Positions 9,181-18,527 of a DNA stretch of 64,000 nt are shown here, one piece after another. The translations under genes and the position numbers were made by a program. Source of the stretch: Candidatus Woesearchaeota archaeon (lineage in GTDB: Archaea > Nanobdellota > Nanobdellia > Woesearchaeales > GW2011-AR15). The notes under the pieces are model-generated. The model was not told the origin of the DNA. It did not search any database and saw only the letters and a program-made list of their open reading frames with translations. Location of the stretch: the NCBI GenBank assembly GCA_038874655.1, contig JAVZBY010000004.1:11116-75115 (forward strand). The letters are read 5' to 3'. How positions within the stretch are numbered: the first letter of the stretch is position 1; each line of letters opens with the position of its first letter.

Positions 9181-9975
9181 TCATTTTCCTATCTTACAAC
9201 CTTGAGGCAATATTCTAATAATATCATCCAAACTACCAGAATAATTTAACTTAATTTTTATTTTTTTTGCAATATCCGAAGATTTTTCATTTCCCTGTAA
9301 AATCTCTAAAAATGATTTGCAGTTTTTTTTAATTGATGATTCAGGTGCTATCATTAATTTTCCCTCATACTTTAACTCAATATTCTCGTTCATAATACCA
9401 ATAAAAATCTTTAAAACAGGTTTTAAAAAATTCTTTTTACCATAAATCATAAAAGAACCTCTAGTAATATATTCTCCTGCTTTTGTTTCTTTTGTAACTT
9501 GCTCTGGATTAACATAAAAAACTTCTGTCATTGTTCTACCTAACTTCCAGGCTTTTGAAAAAACAGCAGTAAAAATCGCTGTTTCTTCTAAGGATAAATC
9601 ACTTGGTTTTTTGCCATTTGTTTTTAAAACAACAAAAGGACTACCTGCCATCTCAGTGTGAAAAACTAAATCAGTTTTTTCAGTATACTTTTTTATAATT
9701 AACTCGTTTGTTCCTGCATCTCTACCAGCAATAACCAAAAAACCTTCACTTGTAAAAAACCACCTAAATTTTTCAAACCATTCTTTTTTAATACTTTTTA
9801 TTTCTTCTTCTTTTTCTTGCTTTTTTAATTCATCCTCTAATAGTTTTAATTTTTTTATTGTTTCTTCTAATGCAAGCTTAGCTCTTTCTGCTTTTTTTCT
9901 CTCTATCTTTGCTTGCTCAAAATAATGAGAAGCATTTTGGTCAATTGTTTTAGTTAAATCTAATGTAATACGCAT
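9181..9975 (-). CDS. NFACT-R (DUF814) domain protein, a short Rqc2/NEMF-like fragment
   Basis: WFFTSEGFLVIAGRDAGTNELII..VFHTEMAGSPFVVL matches the NFACT-R core. An N-terminal coiled coil is present, but the NFACT-N domain is missing. Confidence 0.55.
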   Translation of the reverse strand: MRITLDLTKTIDQNASHYFEQAKIERKKAERAKLALEETIKKLKLLEDELKKQEKEEEIKSIKKEWFEKFRWFFTSEGFLVIAGRDAGTNELIIKKYTEKTDLVFHTEMAGSPFVVLKTNGKKPSDLSLEETAIFTAVFSKAWKLGRTMTEVFYVNPEQVTKETKAGEYITRGSFMIYGKKNFLKPVLKIFIGIMNENIELKYEGKLMIAPESSIKKNCKSFLEILQGNEKSSDIAKKIKIKLNYSGSLDDIIRILPQGCKIGK

Positions 9976-10032
9976 AAAATTTCAGAAATAAACTTATTTA
10001 ATAAATTTGTTGAAATTATATTTATCAAAGAT

Positions 10033-10809
10033 TCACATAAAAGCATTTTTCATTGCTTCATTACATATACAATGCTTTTTATCGTCTATCAAAGGAATAA
10101 CTTCTAAAATCAATTTTCTAACTTTTTCAATATTATTTTTCATAACATTAATGACATCTATATTTGATACTGCATGTTCTTTCCAAGCATCATAATCTGT
10201 AATCATTGCAATATTTGCATAACAAATTTCCAATTCTCTAGCTAAGATAACTTCAGGAACTAAAGTCATATTAATTGTATCAGCTCCCCATGATTTAAAC
10301 AAAAAAGATTCTGCTCTAGTTGAAAATCTTGGCCCTTCTATGACAACACATGTGCCTTTTTCATGAAAATCATAATTTAATTCCTTTGCTTTATTTATTA
10401 AAATACTTCTTAAATAATTGCAAAAAGGATCTGCCATAGAAACATGTGCAACTTTTTCTGTTTCATAAAAACTATAATCTCTTTTCTTAGTCATATCAAT
10501 AAATTGGGTTGTAAAAACAAAATCCCCAGGTTTTAATTCCTCTTTCAAAGAACCAACAGCATTAACAGAAATTATTTTTTTTACTCCTAATTCTTTAAAA
10601 GCCATTAAATTTGCTCTAAAAGGAACTTTACTTGGACTAAAAAAATGATTTAAGCCATGTCTTGGTAATATTGCAACTTCTTTTCCTTTTATTTTACCAA
10701 TTGTAATTAAATCTGATGGTTCTCCATATTTGGTTGTAATTTTAACTTTCCTTGGACTTTCTAAAACATTTGGATCATAAACACCTGTTCCACCAATTAA
10801 ACCTATCAT
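10033..10809 (-). CDS. mtnP: 5'-methylthioadenosine/purine nucleoside phosphorylase
   Basis: IGLIGGTG, ILPRHG and the PNP/MTAP family motifs are present. 258 aa. Confidence 0.8.
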   Translation of the reverse strand: MIGLIGGTGVYDPNVLESPRKVKITTKYGEPSDLITIGKIKGKEVAILPRHGLNHFFSPSKVPFRANLMAFKELGVKKIISVNAVGSLKEELKPGDFVFTTQFIDMTKKRDYSFYETEKVAHVSMADPFCNYLRSILINKAKELNYDFHEKGTCVVIEGPRFSTRAESFLFKSWGADTINMTLVPEVILARELEICYANIAMITDYDAWKEHAVSNIDVINVMKNNIEKVRKLILEVIPLIDDKKHCICNEAMKNAFM

Positions 10810-11070
10810 AATATCACCTTACTAAAATTTAAAATTTATTTACAACTAAAAAAATATTTCAAAAAATTAGAATGAAGTAATATTTATAATTCTTTTTAGT
10901 TAATAAAATTTACTATTATAAAATGAAAAGGTTTAAAAATAAAAAAAATAATTGATAAAATTAGAGGGGTGTAAAAAATAGAAAATTTTATAGAAATCAA
11001 AAAAATTGTTGACCCTAGAATTTCTCTTTATGATGATATTAATGTAAGACAATATTGTGTTGCAGATTTT

Positions 11071-12405
11071 TTGAGAATGCAAGAAAATGTTGATTTATTA
11101 GGTTTGGAAGGTTTAGGAAGAATTGCTCTTTTAGGATTATCAATAAGAGGACATTTACAACAAGGCCATATTGAAGGTGCATTAGGTTTTCTATCTAAAA
11201 ATTTAAACCTTCTAAAACAATATCCGGATTTCAAAAAATTCAAATTTTCTAGCTTTGATGAAAATTTTAAACCACCTTATGCAAATATTACACCTTTTGA
11301 TATTTTATTTTCCTTATACTCAAACAACATAATTCCTTATGAACCAAATCAAATTTTTAAAGAAATGCAAAGGCAAATAGATGAAGTTTTTATGTTTGTT
11401 TTAAAATTAGTAGATTCTATTTCAAATTATGACAATTATAGAGGACAAAGAATAAAATTTCTTGAAAGCGATGGGAAAACACCTTTGTTTGGGCTAACTG
11501 ATTTGTTAGAATATGAAATAACTCAACCTGAACAAGCAATGGCTTTTTTGACATGCTTTGGATGGGGTCTTGGAAAGATGGATTCTTTTGAGCATAGATA
11601 TAATACAGGATTGCCTTTTGGCGGTGGCATTAATCTACCTATTAATTTGGAAAATTTACCAAATGGAAAAAATAATATCTGGCATGATGTCATAACATTA
11701 AGCCTAATTCATTTGCCAGAAGAATTAGGGATAATACAACCACCTAATTTAGAAAAATTAATGAAACTTTTTAATTATAAAATTTTAAAACCACTTCAAG
11801 AGATTGGATTAATTCAAAACGAAGCTGTACAAGGTCCTAATACTCTAGATGGCTATGTTAGAATATTAAGAGGTCCAGGAAGTGCTGATTTTATGTCATA
11901 TGTTTTTTCTTGGATCATTTATGGCCCTTATGGAGGGTTAGGAATGAGAGTTGCTGATTTTTGGGACACTGCTGAACAAATTTCATCAAAAATCGTCTAT
12001 GGGGGTCAAGACAACCTAGCATATGAGGAATTATTAAAATTACCAAAATTTAAAGAACTAATTGATTCTAATAAACCGTTAGATTTAGCACTTTCAAAAT
12101 GGTCTTTTGAAGACCCAAAAGCTAGATTTAAACCAATTGAAAGTTGTAGTGAAAGATATTTTTTGCAGGGATATAATAGTATTAGAGGCCCATTTAATAC
12201 AATAATCACACAATATAACTTTTTAAAACATTTACCTGAACAATTTAATAGAGGAAGCGTTGAAAGATCAATACCTCAATTCCCTGTTGGTTTTGGAAGA
12301 GCTTCCTCCAGAGGCTATTTTGATTATATACTACAAAGACTACATGAATTTAATAACTTAGGGATAATTCCAAATTGGTCATATTTTGCAAAAGTGCTTA
12401 ATTAA
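11071..12405 (+). CDS. Hypothetical protein; start codon uncertain
   Basis: Long ORF. The frame stays open back to 10975, and a strong SD (10964..10971) sits about 100 nt upstream of the first TTG/ATG. No recognisable domain. Confidence 0.4.
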   Translation: MRMQENVDLLGLEGLGRIALLGLSIRGHLQQGHIEGALGFLSKNLNLLKQYPDFKKFKFSSFDENFKPPYANITPFDILFSLYSNNIIPYEPNQIFKEMQRQIDEVFMFVLKLVDSISNYDNYRGQRIKFLESDGKTPLFGLTDLLEYEITQPEQAMAFLTCFGWGLGKMDSFEHRYNTGLPFGGGINLPINLENLPNGKNNIWHDVITLSLIHLPEELGIIQPPNLEKLMKLFNYKILKPLQEIGLIQNEAVQGPNTLDGYVRILRGPGSADFMSYVFSWIIYGPYGGLGMRVADFWDTAEQISSKIVYGGQDNLAYEELLKLPKFKELIDSNKPLDLALSKWSFEDPKARFKPIESCSERYFLQGYNSIRGPFNTIITQYNFLKHLPEQFNRGSVERSIPQFPVGFGRASSRGYFDYILQRLHEFNNLGIIPNWSYFAKVLN

Positions 12406-12432
12406 AAGAATTTCAAATTAAATATTATTATA

Positions 12433-13104
12433 ATGGTAAAAAATTTTACTTATTTAGGAATTGATGAAACAACACTTGGCATAGAAACAGGTTGCATTGT
12501 TGTAGCAGCTGAAACTAAAAATCCTGAATTAACAAAACCAAACTATTCCTTTTCTTTAAAAAAAGGTAAAGATTATCTTAGAGAAGCTGAAGCATTAGTT
12601 GATAATTATATAAACCCAAATAATCTTCCAAATTTACCTACACCAGAACAAATGATTAGAGTAGGTATGTCTAATTATCATTGGCTTCGTATTAATAATG
12701 GAAGATTCAATAGACAAGGAATAGAACATGCTGGAGTAGCTCATTTAATCTCTTGTAATGGTTATTCTCCACAAGAATTAGTTGTCTTAATTGATGCTTT
12801 TCATGGAAACTTAGAAGAAAGTAAAGAAATAATTTTAGAGATACTCAAAAAAAGAGAGTTTTATTTACCAAAACAAAATATAGATTTTTGGTTTTCAGGA
12901 GATAAAGCGATTCCAATTATAAATTTTGCAGATTTATTAGCACTTCAGATTGGTTTATACCTAAATGAAAAATACAGACCTTATTTTCCAGAAAGAAAAA
13001 GGTTTCCAATAAAACCACATGAAATTAGTTATGAGAAAAAAAGAATGCCCCCTATAGATACAAATTCCAGAAAAACGCTTGAAGAAATTTTAAAGAAAAA
13101 CTAA
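12433..13104 (+). CDS. Hypothetical protein
   Basis: ORF only. A weak GIDE-like N-terminal motif is not enough to call RNase HII. Confidence 0.35.
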   Translation: MVKNFTYLGIDETTLGIETGCIVVAAETKNPELTKPNYSFSLKKGKDYLREAEALVDNYINPNNLPNLPTPEQMIRVGMSNYHWLRINNGRFNRQGIEHAGVAHLISCNGYSPQELVVLIDAFHGNLEESKEIILEILKKREFYLPKQNIDFWFSGDKAIPIINFADLLALQIGLYLNEKYRPYFPERKRFPIKPHEISYEKKRMPPIDTNSRKTLEEILKKN

Positions 13105-13116
13105 ATTATAAAAAAA

Positions 13117-13722
13117 TTATTTCTTTCCAATTTCTTTTTTCGCCTTTTCACTAACAATAGCAGAATTTCCACTAGGATCACTAATAATTAATGTTGCTTT
13201 TTCTCTTCCCCATAAAATTCTTTGTATTTTTTTCAACTGATTTTTTGCCTTTTTTTGAACACTTGGATCATCATCATCTTTTAAATCTTCAATTACTTTT
13301 TTAACTCTATTTAATATGCCTTCTACATTTGTGACATAACCATTTGAAATTGGTCCAGGAGTTATTTCTATTAAATGTGGAATTTTTATAGTTGCTTGAC
13401 TTGATTTAACCACTCTTATATTTAAATCATTTTCTGATTCAATTTCTAAAGTATATTTAACTGGTTTTCCGTCATTATCTGTTTCAACATCAGCCATATG
13501 ATAATTACAATTTGAGCAATCCATTGAAAATAGATAACACTTACCAAAATAGGGAATTTCTCTTTCCATTTCTCTTAATGTCAATGTTTCTTTATGACAC
13601 ATAGGGCATGGTTGATTTTCTAAAACATCCATTCCCATATTTTCATTTGAAATATTCTTTGTATTTTGAGATTTTTCTAATTCTGAGTTTTCATCATTTT
13701 TATCATAATCCTTATTTACCAT
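13117..13722 (-). CDS. ZPR1-type zinc finger protein
   Basis: CPMC..CSNC zinc ribbon followed by a ZPR1-like beta domain. About 200 aa, as in archaeal ZPR1 homologues. Confidence 0.6.
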   Translation of the reverse strand: MVNKDYDKNDENSELEKSQNTKNISNENMGMDVLENQPCPMCHKETLTLREMEREIPYFGKCYLFSMDCSNCNYHMADVETDNDGKPVKYTLEIESENDLNIRVVKSSQATIKIPHLIEITPGPISNGYVTNVEGILNRVKKVIEDLKDDDDPSVQKKAKNQLKKIQRILWGREKATLIISDPSGNSAIVSEKAKKEIGKK

Positions 13723-13806
13723 ACCTAACCCAAATTAAATCCTATTTTTAAACTTTTTTATTAATCAATCAAAATCTTTTTAAATGTCTGCTAAATTCAA
13801 ATTGCT

Positions 13807-14532
13807 ATGGCATCAGAAACAGTTCAAGTCATGGTTGAAGGTGGAAAAGCTACTGCTGCTCCTCCATTAGGGCCTGCATTAGGGCCATTAGGCGTAAACA
13901 TTGGTCAAGTTGTCTCTGAAATAAACAAAAAAACACAGGACTTTAAAGGAATGCAAGTCCCTGTTAAGGTTACTGTTGATAGAGACACAAAACAATTTAC
14001 AATAACTATTGGAACACCTCCTGCTTCTCAATTAATATTAAAAGAAGCAAAAATCCAAAAAGGAAGTGGAAATCCAAAAACAGAATTAGTTGCAGATTTA
14101 AAGATAGAGCAAATAATTAAAATAGCAAAGATGAAATCTGATTCATTGTTAGGAAAAACATTAAAAGAAAGAGTAAAAGAAATATTAGGAACATGTAGAT
14201 CTATGGGTATAATGGTAGAAGGCAAATTAGCAGATGAAACAATAAAAGAAGTTAATGAGGGAAAATATGATGAACAAATAAGATTAGAGAAAACAGAATT
14301 ATCTGCAGAAGAATTAAGAAAACTAGAAGAAGAAAAGAAAAAATTACAAGAAGAATTAAAAGCAAGAAGAGAAGAATTCTTAGCAAAAGCAAAACAAATA
14401 CAAGCACAAATGTCTGGTAAAGACAACAAAGCAATAAAAACAGCAATGGTTGCAGCAGGAATTCCAAATGAAATAATAAAAGAATTAATCCCTGATGAAA
14501 AACCTGCACAAGCTGGAGCTAAGAAAAAATAA
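13807..14532 (+). CDS. rpl11: Ribosomal protein L11 (uL11) with a C-terminal charged extension of about 80 aa
   Basis: The N-terminal 160 aa is typical uL11 (GKATAAPPLGPALGPLGVN, PVKVTV). An extra K/E-rich tail, predicted coiled coil, follows. Confidence 0.8.
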   Translation: MASETVQVMVEGGKATAAPPLGPALGPLGVNIGQVVSEINKKTQDFKGMQVPVKVTVDRDTKQFTITIGTPPASQLILKEAKIQKGSGNPKTELVADLKIEQIIKIAKMKSDSLLGKTLKERVKEILGTCRSMGIMVEGKLADETIKEVNEGKYDEQIRLEKTELSAEELRKLEEEKKKLQEELKARREEFLAKAKQIQAQMSGKDNKAIKTAMVAAGIPNEIIKELIPDEKPAQAGAKKK

Positions 14533-14616
14533 AATTAACAACTTTTTTTAATTTTTTTTAACTCATATTATACTTTTAAATTTTTTAAGAAAATAAATTT
14601 CAAGAAGATAAAAAAA

Positions 14617-14949
14617 TTACTCATTATAAATAAAAACACTTTCTCTCTCTTCACTGGAAATTTGATTAAATCTCATAAGCAAGATATCATAAATAAAAGT
14701 TATATGTGTAGAAAAAACTAATTTTAAAATCTCTTCATACATGTCTTTTTTATATTCAACTATTATTTTTTCCTCACCATTTTTAAATAAAAAACTTCTA
14801 AAAGTTTCGTCTGAGTCTGTTATAGACAATAAAAGAATTTTATCAAAGCCTAATGTTTCTAAATATTTATGTGCTTCCTCATACATAGACAACAAAGATT
14901 TATTCTCTTTTAAAGATTTAACATAAATCTGTTTTATTTGTTTTAACAT
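14617..14949 (-). CDS. Hypothetical protein
   Basis: ORF only. Confidence 0.3.
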   Translation of the reverse strand: MLKQIKQIYVKSLKENKSLLSMYEEAHKYLETLGFDKILLLSITDSDETFRSFLFKNGEEKIIVEYKKDMYEEILKLVFSTHITFIYDILLMRFNQISSEERESVFIYNE

Positions 14950-15122
14950 GATAGTAGTAAATAAATATGGAATATTTAAATCTTTCGTTTTTTACTACTA
15001 AATAGTAGTTTAAAAATCTTTGAAAAAATAAAAAGGTATTAGAAAAAATTAAATACTTAATATTATGATATATATCAATAAATAAACAATAAATAAATAA
15101 TATAAAAGATAACATAATTTTT

Positions 15123-15130
15123 AAGGAGGT
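15123..15130 (+). promoter_or_regulatory. Shine-Dalgarno AAGGAGGT
   Basis: aaggaggt-taaa-ATG, a perfect anti-16S match. The same ggaggttaaaatggc string recurs at the acidic peptide gene at 35543. Confidence 0.6.
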
Positions 15131-15134
15131 TAAA

Positions 15135-15494
15135 ATGGCAAAATCCCAAAAACATAAAAAAGAAGAAAAAAAAATTGAAGAAAAAAAATCAGAAAATCAA
15201 AATCATGCTTTAAATGAACACTTACATTGTTGTTCTTTAAATCCAAGCAAATTAGGAATTTCTTTTGGTATTTTATTAGCATTAAAAACCTCTGTTTTAG
15301 TTATACTTAATTTACTATTTAATGGTTGGGGTAATGCTATAATCAACTTATTAAGCAATTTATTTTTAGGATATGAAGCCTCCTTAAAAGGTTTAATATT
15401 TGGTTTAATTTGGGGATTTTTTGATGGCTTTGTATTAGGTTATTTATTTGCAATAATCTACAATTTTGTCAGAAAACAAGAATGCTGTAAATAA
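15135..15494 (+). CDS. Small membrane protein (hypothetical)
   Basis: Strong SD. Two or three predicted TM helices. CC pairs near both termini. Confidence 0.5.
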   Translation: MAKSQKHKKEEKKIEEKKSENQNHALNEHLHCCSLNPSKLGISFGILLALKTSVLVILNLLFNGWGNAIINLLSNLFLGYEASLKGLIFGLIWGFFDGFVLGYLFAIIYNFVRKQECCK

Positions 15495-15534
15495 ATAATT
15501 TTAAAATTTTTATTTTTTAGTTATTTTATCATTT

Positions 15535-16056
15535 TTATTTTATCATAATTCTTAGTTTTGAAAAAAAATTTTTTTTATAAATTATATCAGAAAAAGTCCA
15601 TTTAAATTCTTTCCAATCATTATTTTCATAAACTAACTGCAAATCTGCATAAACACCTTTACTTAAATAAATTCTGTGTGCTCTTTCCTTAAAAGAAGCA
15701 AAGACAACAGCATTACTTTTAACATAACCAACATCTACATTAAATAATCTCTTATCATTGATTAAAAAACTTTTTTCAATATCATAACACATTAATTTTA
15801 ATTTGGGTAATTTTTCTATACCAAAACTTCCAAAAAAATCAAAACAAATGTATTTTTTTATTAAATTTTTACCAAATTCCTTCTCATAAAAATTAGTAAA
15901 ATCAAAATCAAAAAAACCATCTTCTAAAATAATATTTCCAAAATTTCTGTTTAAAGTTTCAATTAATAATCGATATTTTTCACTATTTAATAAAAATTTA
16001 GAAAACATTATTGAAATAACTAAATTTGCTTTTGGTTTTTCCTTTGGAACGGACAT
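15535..16056 (-). CDS. Hypothetical protein (possibly DUF4416-like)
   Basis: ORF only. The DFTNFYEKEFG block is reminiscent of DUF4416, but the assignment is uncertain. Confidence 0.35.
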   Translation of the reverse strand: MSVPKEKPKANLVISIMFSKFLLNSEKYRLLIETLNRNFGNIILEDGFFDFDFTNFYEKEFGKNLIKKYICFDFFGSFGIEKLPKLKLMCYDIEKSFLINDKRLFNVDVGYVKSNAVVFASFKERAHRIYLSKGVYADLQLVYENNDWKEFKWTFSDIIYKKNFFSKLRIMIK

Positions 16057-16166
16057 AATATTTTTAGAATATTTAGAAATAAAAAAAATTAACTAATTTT
16101 AAAAATCAAAATTTAAAACATAAAAAATGCTTAAAATAAAAAATAATTCTTATAAATTATATTTCT

Positions 16167-16661
16167 TCAAAATAAATCTTTCTTTTTTTTGAAAGACAAA
16201 TATAGAATAAAAATTAAGGAGATGGTAAGATAAGAATCTGCAAGATTAAAAACTGGCCAAAACCTAAAATCTATAAAATCAACAACATAACCTAAGAAAA
16301 TTCTATCTATTAAATTACCTAATATACCTGATAATAAAATTATTAAGGGTATCCTAAAAATATTTTGATTATAATTTAAAGAAAAAAATTTATGTAAAAA
16401 AAAAAGAAAAGCCACAATTGAGATTATAATAAAAAGTAAATTATTGTTTTTAAACATACCAAAAGAAACACCTGTATTTTCTAAATAAGTTATATTAAAA
16501 AATAAAAATTTATGACTCTCACTAATTAAAAAATTCTTTCTCACTAAATATTTAGAAATCTGGTCTAAAAAAATCAATAAAAAAAATAAAAAAAAATAAA
16601 AGAAATGATTTAAATTACACTTAAACCCATTCTTTAAAAGCAAAGAATTTTTTTTTTTCAT
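16167..16661 (-). CDS. lspA: Lipoprotein signal peptidase (signal peptidase II)
   Basis: All LspA blocks are present: DQISK, NTGVSFG, GNLIDR..GYVVDFIDF, FNLADS. Four TM helices. 164 aa. Confidence 0.7.
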   Translation of the reverse strand: MKKKNSLLLKNGFKCNLNHFFYFFLFFLLIFLDQISKYLVRKNFLISESHKFLFFNITYLENTGVSFGMFKNNNLLFIIISIVAFLFFLHKFFSLNYNQNIFRIPLIILLSGILGNLIDRIFLGYVVDFIDFRFWPVFNLADSYLTISLIFILYLSFKKKKDLF

Positions 16662-16682
16662 GTTATGCCTTTTTCTTAAATT

Positions 16683-16868
16683 TTATTCTTCATTTTCAAA
16701 CAGACTCATATAGTTTTTAGCTTCGCTTTCATCATTAAAAACTTTTAGTATCTTTAAATTATCAAAATTAACACAACATTCATCATACTCTAAAAATTCT
16801 AGCTTCATTAGAACCATTTTTTTACAATTTAAACATTTTCCAACATAAAACTTTTCCATACATCTCAC
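16683..16868 (-). CDS. Small Cys-rich hypothetical protein
   Basis: 61 aa containing CLNC and CC. Probably a zinc-binding miniprotein. Confidence 0.3.
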   Translation of the reverse strand: MRCMEKFYVGKCLNCKKMVLMKLEFLEYDECCVNFDNLKILKVFNDESEAKNYMSLFENEE

Positions 16869-16887
16869 TTTTTATTTTAATGTAAAT

Positions 16888-17853
16888 TTAAAGTTTAAAC
16901 TCTTTTTTTCCTAAATAAACATCATAAGCAAAATCTACTGATTTGTTTCCATAAGTTATTGAAGAGATTGCATTACACATTCTAATTGCTTCTTTTAATG
17001 TTTTTTGATGAATATTTCTTCCTGTTGCATTTCCGCTAGCCCCACTAATATGGATTTGCTCATATAATTCTTGTAAAAATAATTTTGGATCTTTTGAGGA
17101 ACCTCCTGCTGTAATTACTTTTGTTTTTCCTGCTGCTTTTATTGCCTCTTTAAATGACTCTGCTCTATCTTTTGAAGAAAAGCCGTCTTTATTAGGATAA
17201 TTTACTTTTACAAAATCACTTCCTAAACATAAGGCAACACCAGCTGCTCCTGCAATCAAATGCGGATCTTTTTCATCTTTAATTGCTTTTCCTCTCGGAT
17301 AAATCCATAAAATAGTAATTAAGCCATGTTGATGTGCTAATGAAACTAATCTTCCTGCTTCTCCAACCATTTCTGCTTCATATTCACTACCTAAAAAAAT
17401 AGTATAGCCAATTCCTACAATATTAACTCTTTTTTTTAAATCTAAAATGCTTTCAAAATCAACCAAAGATAAGCTTAAAGGATCCTTTTGTTTTGTTTTA
17501 ACAATATTAGTTTTTGAATTAACTTTAACAATATAATTAATCTTTGGATAATATCTAGCATATTTAGATATTAAACCAAATTGTGCTGCAAAAGCACCTA
17601 TTATTCCTTGAGAAGCAATTCTAAATAAATGCTCAGGATCATTATCTTCCTCAGGAATGAGAAAATCCTCATTAGTTTTTCCATTAAAGTCATCATTTAG
17701 ATGCTCAAATTTTTGGTCGCCTGCAAAAAGCATTAATCTATCTGTGTTTTTTGTTATTAAAGAATAATTTTTCAAATACTCTTTTTCTGCTTTTTTCGGA
17801 ACATCCATCGGAACAATATTACTTTTTTTTACCTTTTTCAAGATAATCACCAC
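16888..17853 (-). CDS. Class I aldolase of the DhnA/archaeal FBP aldolase family
   Basis: TIM-barrel aldolase blocks, including VKVNYP with a likely Schiff-base lysine, and GASG..GRN near the C-terminus. Confidence 0.55.
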   Translation of the reverse strand: MVIILKKVKKSNIVPMDVPKKAEKEYLKNYSLITKNTDRLMLFAGDQKFEHLNDDFNGKTNEDFLIPEEDNDPEHLFRIASQGIIGAFAAQFGLISKYARYYPKINYIVKVNSKTNIVKTKQKDPLSLSLVDFESILDLKKRVNIVGIGYTIFLGSEYEAEMVGEAGRLVSLAHQHGLITILWIYPRGKAIKDEKDPHLIAGAAGVALCLGSDFVKVNYPNKDGFSSKDRAESFKEAIKAAGKTKVITAGGSSKDPKLFLQELYEQIHISGASGNATGRNIHQKTLKEAIRMCNAISSITYGNKSVDFAYDVYLGKKEFKL

Positions 17854-17984
17854 ATAAAATTAAAAACTAATAGAATATAAATATTTCTATAAAGATTTAG
17901 TTATAATAACTTCATCATGATTAGTCCTTATCTTTATATAGTAATTGGAAAAATTTATAAACAATTGTCAATTTTTATTTCCAT

Positions 17985-18527
17985 GTGGAAAAATATTTAA
18001 CCATTTTGAGCCCTTTTTTTGAAAACCCAAATGAGAAATATTCTATAAGAGAACTTTCTAGGCTCTTACAAATTAACCATACAACTGTGCGACAATATCT
18101 TGAAATTTTAGCAAAAGAAAACTATTTAACATTCAAAAAAGAAGGGATTTATATTTTTTATAACTTAATTTTATCTAAAAAAACTTTGAATCTAAAACTT
18201 TACTATAATTTAGAAAAATTAAGAAAATCTAACTTAGTTGAGGATTTAGAAAAATTTTATGATTATCCTGTGATTGTTTTATTTGGTAGTTATGCATTTG
18301 CTATGGATGATATTACAAGTGATATTGATATTTGTATAATTACAAACATTAAAAAAGAATTTATTTATGAAAACAATTTGGAAAAATACGAACATATAAT
18401 TAATAGAAAGATAAGCATACATAAATTTTCAAAAGAATCTTTTGAAAAAACAAAAAAAGTGAATCCAAATTTAATAAATAATATTTGCAATGGGATTGTG
18501 TTGTCAGGAGAATTGGTGATTGTATGA
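17985..18527 (+). CDS. HTH plus minimal nucleotidyltransferase (MNT) domain protein
   Basis: GTG start. N-terminal winged-helix region. LFGSYA..DSDIDI is the GS-x-D-x-D NTase signature. The stop overlaps the next start as ATGA. Confidence 0.65.
   Translation: MEKYLTILSPFFENPNEKYSIRELSRLLQINHTTVRQYLEILAKENYLTFKKEGIYIFYNLILSKKTLNLKLYYNLEKLRKSNLVEDLEKFYDYPVIVLFGSYAFAMDDITSDIDICIITNIKKEFIYENNLEKYEHIINRKISIHKFSKESFEKTKKVNPNLINNICNGIVLSGELVIV
18524..18527 (+). promoter_or_regulatory. ATGA start/stop overlap (translational coupling of the MNT-HEPN pair)
   Basis: The TGA stop of the NTase gene shares the TG with the ATG of the downstream gene. Confidence 0.6.

Noticed and set aside
12433-13104. Possible RNase HII, from an N-terminal LGIDETTLG motif
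   Set aside because: Only the GIDE-like block matches. The DSK, catalytic Asp/His and SGYPSD blocks of RNase HII are not recognisable, so it is left as hypothetical.
14028-14509. Two minus-strand ORFs inside the L11 gene
   Set aside because: Antisense to a conserved ribosomal protein gene. Leu/Phe-rich low-complexity artefacts.
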